Shown: piece by piece, positions 60,452-64,000 of the stretch
Layout: each line of letters opens with the position of its first letter
How positions within the stretch are numbered: position 1 is the first letter of the stretch
Origin: an uncultured Phycisphaerales bacterium
Lineage (GTDB): Bacteria > Planctomycetota > Phycisphaerae > Sedimentisphaerales > Anaerobacaceae
NCBI GenBank assembly: GCA_963718665.1
Contig: OY970359.1
Span: forward strand, 416,001-480,000
Direction of reading: 5' to 3'
Length of the DNA stretch: 64,000 nucleotides
Notes under the pieces: model-generated
Seen by the model: only the letters and a program-made list of their open reading frames with translations
What the model was told of the DNA's origin: nothing
Database searches by the model: none
Program-made: the position numbers and the translations under genes

Positions 60452-61832
60452 CGCTTGGACAACTGTTTTTGCCAATAGGCGATTTGCTCTTTGGCCTGTT
60501 TCGGGCCTGCTGAGCCAATCGTAACGTATTTCGCGACAACATTGGCGGCGCCGAGCGATTTATAAACGTCGGCCTTTATTTCCGGAGAGAACTTTTTTAA
60601 TTCGGCAAGTTTCAGGTCGGCGAGGTTAATCCCCTGCTTTTCGCAATGCGCAACCAGAGAGCCGACTACGCCGTGTGCCTGCCGGAACGGGATACCTTTG
60701 CGAACGAGATATTCCGCCAGCGAGGTCGCATCCAAAAAGCCGGCGTCGAGGCCTGAGGCGATGCGTTTGGTATCGAAGGTCGTATGCGCAATAACCGCGG
60801 AGACCATATCAAGGCACTGGCTGATTGTATCGGCGGCGGCGAAGATATGAGTTTTGTCTTCCTGCAAATCGCGGTTGTAGCCGGTGGGTTGCGCCTTTAA
60901 TAAGGTGAGCATACCCATAAGTGCGCCGTATGTCCGGCCGGACTTACCACGAACAAGCTCAAGGGCGTCGGCGTTTCGCTTCTGCGGCATCATACTCGAC
61001 GACGTGCAGAAACTGTCGGCTATATGAACAAAGCCGAATTCGTTGGAACAGAAGATTATCAAATCCTCGCTCAGCCGGGACAGGTGCGTCGATATAAGTG
61101 CGCAATCGAAAATGAATTCCGCGCAGAAATCCCGGTCGCTGACAGCGTCGATTGAGTTATAAGCCATATCAGAGAAACCCAGTAGTTTGGCGGTGTTTTT
61201 TCTGTCCAAAGGCAGAGTCGAGCCGGCAATCGCGCCGCGCCGAGCGGCGAAATGCTGACCAACTGCCGACAATTGTCTAAGCGTATAAAATCCCGCTGAA
61301 GCTGCTCGACGAAATTCAGCAGATACGACGCGATAACAATGGGCTGCGCCCGCTGGAGATGGGTATATGCGGGCATTACATCATCGGTATATTTGGCCGC
61401 CTTGGCGACAAGCGATTTTTGCAGGCCGGAGATTTTGACCTGGATTGTATCAATCTCGTCGCGCAGCCAGAGCCGCAAATCAGTGGCGACCTGGTCATTC
61501 CGGCTTCGGCCCGTGTGCAGCTTTTTGGCGGCATTACCTGCTTTTTTGACAAGGGCATTTTCAATCGCCATATGAATATCTTCGTATGTCTTGTCGAATT
61601 TGAATTTACCCTCGGCGATTTCATGCCCGATTCGTTCAAGCCCGCGTTTTATTTTAGCAAACTCAGCTTTGGTAATGAGCTTGCGCTTCGCCAGCATTTG
61701 CGCATGCGCTATCGAGCCGGCGATATCGTATTTGTAAAGCCGTTTATCGATGCTAAGGGACTCAACAAAATCGACCATAAGTCGGTCAGGTGCGCCGGCA
61801 AGGCGGTGTTCCCAGCTTTTAAGTTTGGCCAT
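60448..61832 (-). CDS. argH: Argininosuccinate lyase, frameshifted near 61238
   Basis: [53 protein letters not shown]. Confidence 0.95.
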
Positions 61833-61864
61833 TTTTATCACTCCAAAAAGGGATTTCTTCGCAG

Positions 61865-61893
61865 ATGATACGCCCCCCTGCCGGATGTGTCAA
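61865..61893 (-). promoter_or_regulatory. sigma70-like promoter for argH
   Basis: TTGACA-17-TATCAT. Confidence 0.65.
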
Positions 61894-61956
61894 GCTGCGG
61901 GAAACGCCACAGCGGGCTTTATATAAGAAAAGAAAAATGGTAAATTAGAGAGCTAT

Positions 61957-62181
61957 ATGAAAAGCAGATGTCCGGTATGTGATAAGGTTATCGATGAGGC
62001 AACCCGGCAGAACAGCCGGGATGGGAAGTTTTATCCCTTCTGCAGCAACCGATGCAAACTGATAGACCTAGGGAAATGGCTCGACGGCAATTACAGAATA
62101 GCCGCACAAGCGAATGAAGAAGAGGAACCAGGCGAACAGGCCGCCAAAGCAAATAACCGGGACAAAACCGAAAACGGTTGA
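61957..62181 (+). CDS. yacG: DNA gyrase inhibitor YacG
   Basis: CPVC...YPFCSNRCKLIDLGKW. Confidence 0.93.
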   Translation: MKSRCPVCDKVIDEATRQNSRDGKFYPFCSNRCKLIDLGKWLDGNYRIAAQANEEEEPGEQAAKANNRDKTENG

Positions 62182-62206
62182 CAAGCCGCAAATATCCGCC
62201 AATAAT
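62178..62206 (+). promoter_or_regulatory. sigma70-like promoter
   Basis: TTGACA-17-AATAAT. Confidence 0.55.
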
Positions 62207-62277
62207 ACGGTTGTGGTATTGCAGCATTGATTCGGAGCATGTTTCAGGTCAATCGAAGCTGTTTGAAAGGAATCGAA

Positions 62278-63540
62278 ATGAACGGCGAAAACCAGGCGGG
62301 CATAATTCTCGACAGCTTGCTGTTTCCGAGGATATTCCGCAGCTTTCGGATGGCGATACAGCCGAGCAAACTGATAATCGCGTTTTGCATGATAGCGATG
62401 ACGGGCTTAGTCGGTTGGCTTATGGATTTGCCGAAAACAGTGGTAACAACGCCGGGGACAAACGGGATCGAGACGGAACTTAATCTTTTCCTGACGGCGC
62501 CGGAACGGCTCGACTCGTACATCGAAAGAAACGAAGATACCGAATACCACAGGGGGGTCTTTTCGACGATGTGGGGTTTCGGGATTGCGAAATTTCACGG
62601 CTCACTAAAAGCAATTTTCAGATTCGACCTGTTCGGCGTCCTGGATAATATCCAGGAGTACCTGCGGGCAATAAAATGGGCAATCCGGTATCACTTTATT
62701 TACTGCCTGATTTTCGCGGTGATAAATCTGAGCATCGCCGCGGTTGGCGGCGGCGCAATTTGCCGAATTGCCGCGTTACAATTCGCCCAAAACGAAAAAC
62801 CCGGCATCACAGAGTCGCTGCGATTCAGCACAAAAAGATTCACAAGCTTCTTCGGAACGCCCATTGTGCCTATGATAATAATCGCAATCGCCGGCGTTTT
62901 CGTAGTATTAGTTGGCCTGATAAGCGATATCCCGTTTGGCCTTGGAGAGATTGGCACGGGCCTTTTAATGCTGCCCGCCCTTGCCGCCGGGGCAATCATA
63001 GCCGCTGTTATCCTGGGTGTTATCGGCGGACTTAATCTGGCATTCCCCGCCGTCGCATATGACGGCTCCGACGGCCTTGACGCCGTCAGCCGCTCATTCA
63101 ACTATGTTTACGCCAAACCCTGGCGACTGGGCTTTTATACGGCGACGGCGGTAATCTATGGTGCTATTTGTTATATCTTCGTTCGCTTCTTCGCGTTTCT
63201 GCTTTTGTGGTCAACATACAGGGGACTTCGTGTGGGGGCTTTTACGCAAAGCGCCCGCGGCCTGACGGATAAAATTGCCGCGATTTGGCCTGAACCGACT
63301 TTTCCCCGCCTGCTGTCATACTCTCAGGCAACCGGCAGCGGTTCGGAATCAATAGCGGCGCTTCTGGTATATCTTTCCGCCCTTGTAATCGTCGGGCTGG
63401 TCGCATCATTCATAATCAGCTTTTATTTCTCGTCGAATACCGTGATATACGCATTAATGCGAAATCAGGTGGATGAGACGCCGCTGGAGACGGTTTACAC
63501 CGAGACAGCGGAAATAAAAAAGCCCGTTCACCTGAGTTGA
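62278..63540 (+). CDS. Hypothetical polytopic membrane protein
   Basis: About 6-7 TM helices, DAVSRSFNYV, IYALMR; start codon uncertain. Confidence 0.78.
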   Translation: MNGENQAGIILDSLLFPRIFRSFRMAIQPSKLIIAFCMIAMTGLVGWLMDLPKTVVTTPGTNGIETELNLFLTAPERLDSYIERNEDTEYHRGVFSTMWGFGIAKFHGSLKAIFRFDLFGVLDNIQEYLRAIKWAIRYHFIYCLIFAVINLSIAAVGGGAICRIAALQFAQNEKPGITESLRFSTKRFTSFFGTPIVPMIIIAIAGVFVVLVGLISDIPFGLGEIGTGLLMLPALAAGAIIAAVILGVIGGLNLAFPAVAYDGSDGLDAVSRSFNYVYAKPWRLGFYTATAVIYGAICYIFVRFFAFLLLWSTYRGLRVGAFTQSARGLTDKIAAIWPEPTFPRLLSYSQATGSGSESIAALLVYLSALVIVGLVASFIISFYFSSNTVIYALMRNQVDETPLETVYTETAEIKKPVHLS

Positions 63541-63713
63541 CCGCCGACCGTTAAAACTGTAAGATAACGCCAAAACTGTTATGATATGATGTCTTAAAAT
63601 ACCACCCCAACTGTCCGATAAACACGCCAGCGGCGTTTCTGGGCAGCCGTTTAAGTGACAATTGAAGAATATATCTTTATAATGCAGGTGGCTTGGCCTG
63701 CCGATACTAAGTT

Positions 63714-64000
63714 ATGACCGAACCAAACTCTGATAAGCAGACAAATTATAAAACCGCAAATCTGGCGGCTTCTCAATCCGTGCCTAACGCGATGCTGAAG
63801 TTTCGCAGGCCTCTTATAGTACTGGCACATCTTGTCGCATTCGCGGTGTCACTGCTGCTGTCCTTCCTGGCAACATCGAATATGCAGCTACAGGCAGAGT
63901 GGCTGACAAAACAATATCCGCCCCTGCTGGTATTGGTCATTATCATCAAAACAGTGATTTTCGGACTCTTCAAGCAATATCGCGGGTGGTGGCGGTACGT
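63714..64000 (+). CDS. Polysaccharide biosynthesis protein (CapD/PglF-like), N-terminal part
   Basis: Open frame MTEPNS...; TM helices then FGLFKQYRGWWRY; upstream GTGACA-17-TATAAT; runs off the window edge. Confidence 0.7.
   Translation, partial: MTEPNSDKQTNYKTANLAASQSVPNAMLKFRRPLIVLAHLVAFAVSLLLSFLATSNMQLQAEWLTKQYPPLLVLVIIIKTVIFGLFKQYRGWWRY

Overview
Bacterial chromosomal segment. It is most likely a planctomycete of class Phycisphaerae (Sedimentisphaerales-like), inferred from tandem prepilin/H-X9-DG proteins, a GLUG protein with a dockerin-like tail and dnaA unlinked from dnaN. Most of the window is housekeeping: ribH, nusB, parA, a PilT-family ATPase, thyA, ribE, pdxA, rsmA, fumarase alpha, rluD, recG, pcm, nadB, rnpB, ilvBNC, mtnA, uvrA, deoC, dnaA, pnp, rpsO, tsaE, thiL, argH and yacG. 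The non-housekeeping signals are: (1) a 38-bp conserved site between a sigma70-like promoter and AT-rich foreign-looking genes, seen twice 9 kb apart; (2) one of these inserts is a three-gene island with two SEC-C proteins, one PIN-like and one prohead-protease-like; (3) an HNH-AP2 endonuclease with a ~400-nt hairpin-rich leader and 13-bp flanking direct repeats; (4) a ~218-nt non-coding unit with its own promoter and terminator; (5) a RAYT/Y1 transposase with REP arrays, plus palindromic repeats translated in frame inside mtnA, thyA and a pilin gene; (6) a Val-rich leader ORF coupled to ilvB; (7) periodic CAC-repeat and heptamer arrays. Six genes carry single-base (-1) frameshifts, probably long-read assembly errors. 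All calls were made by eye; no database searches were run.
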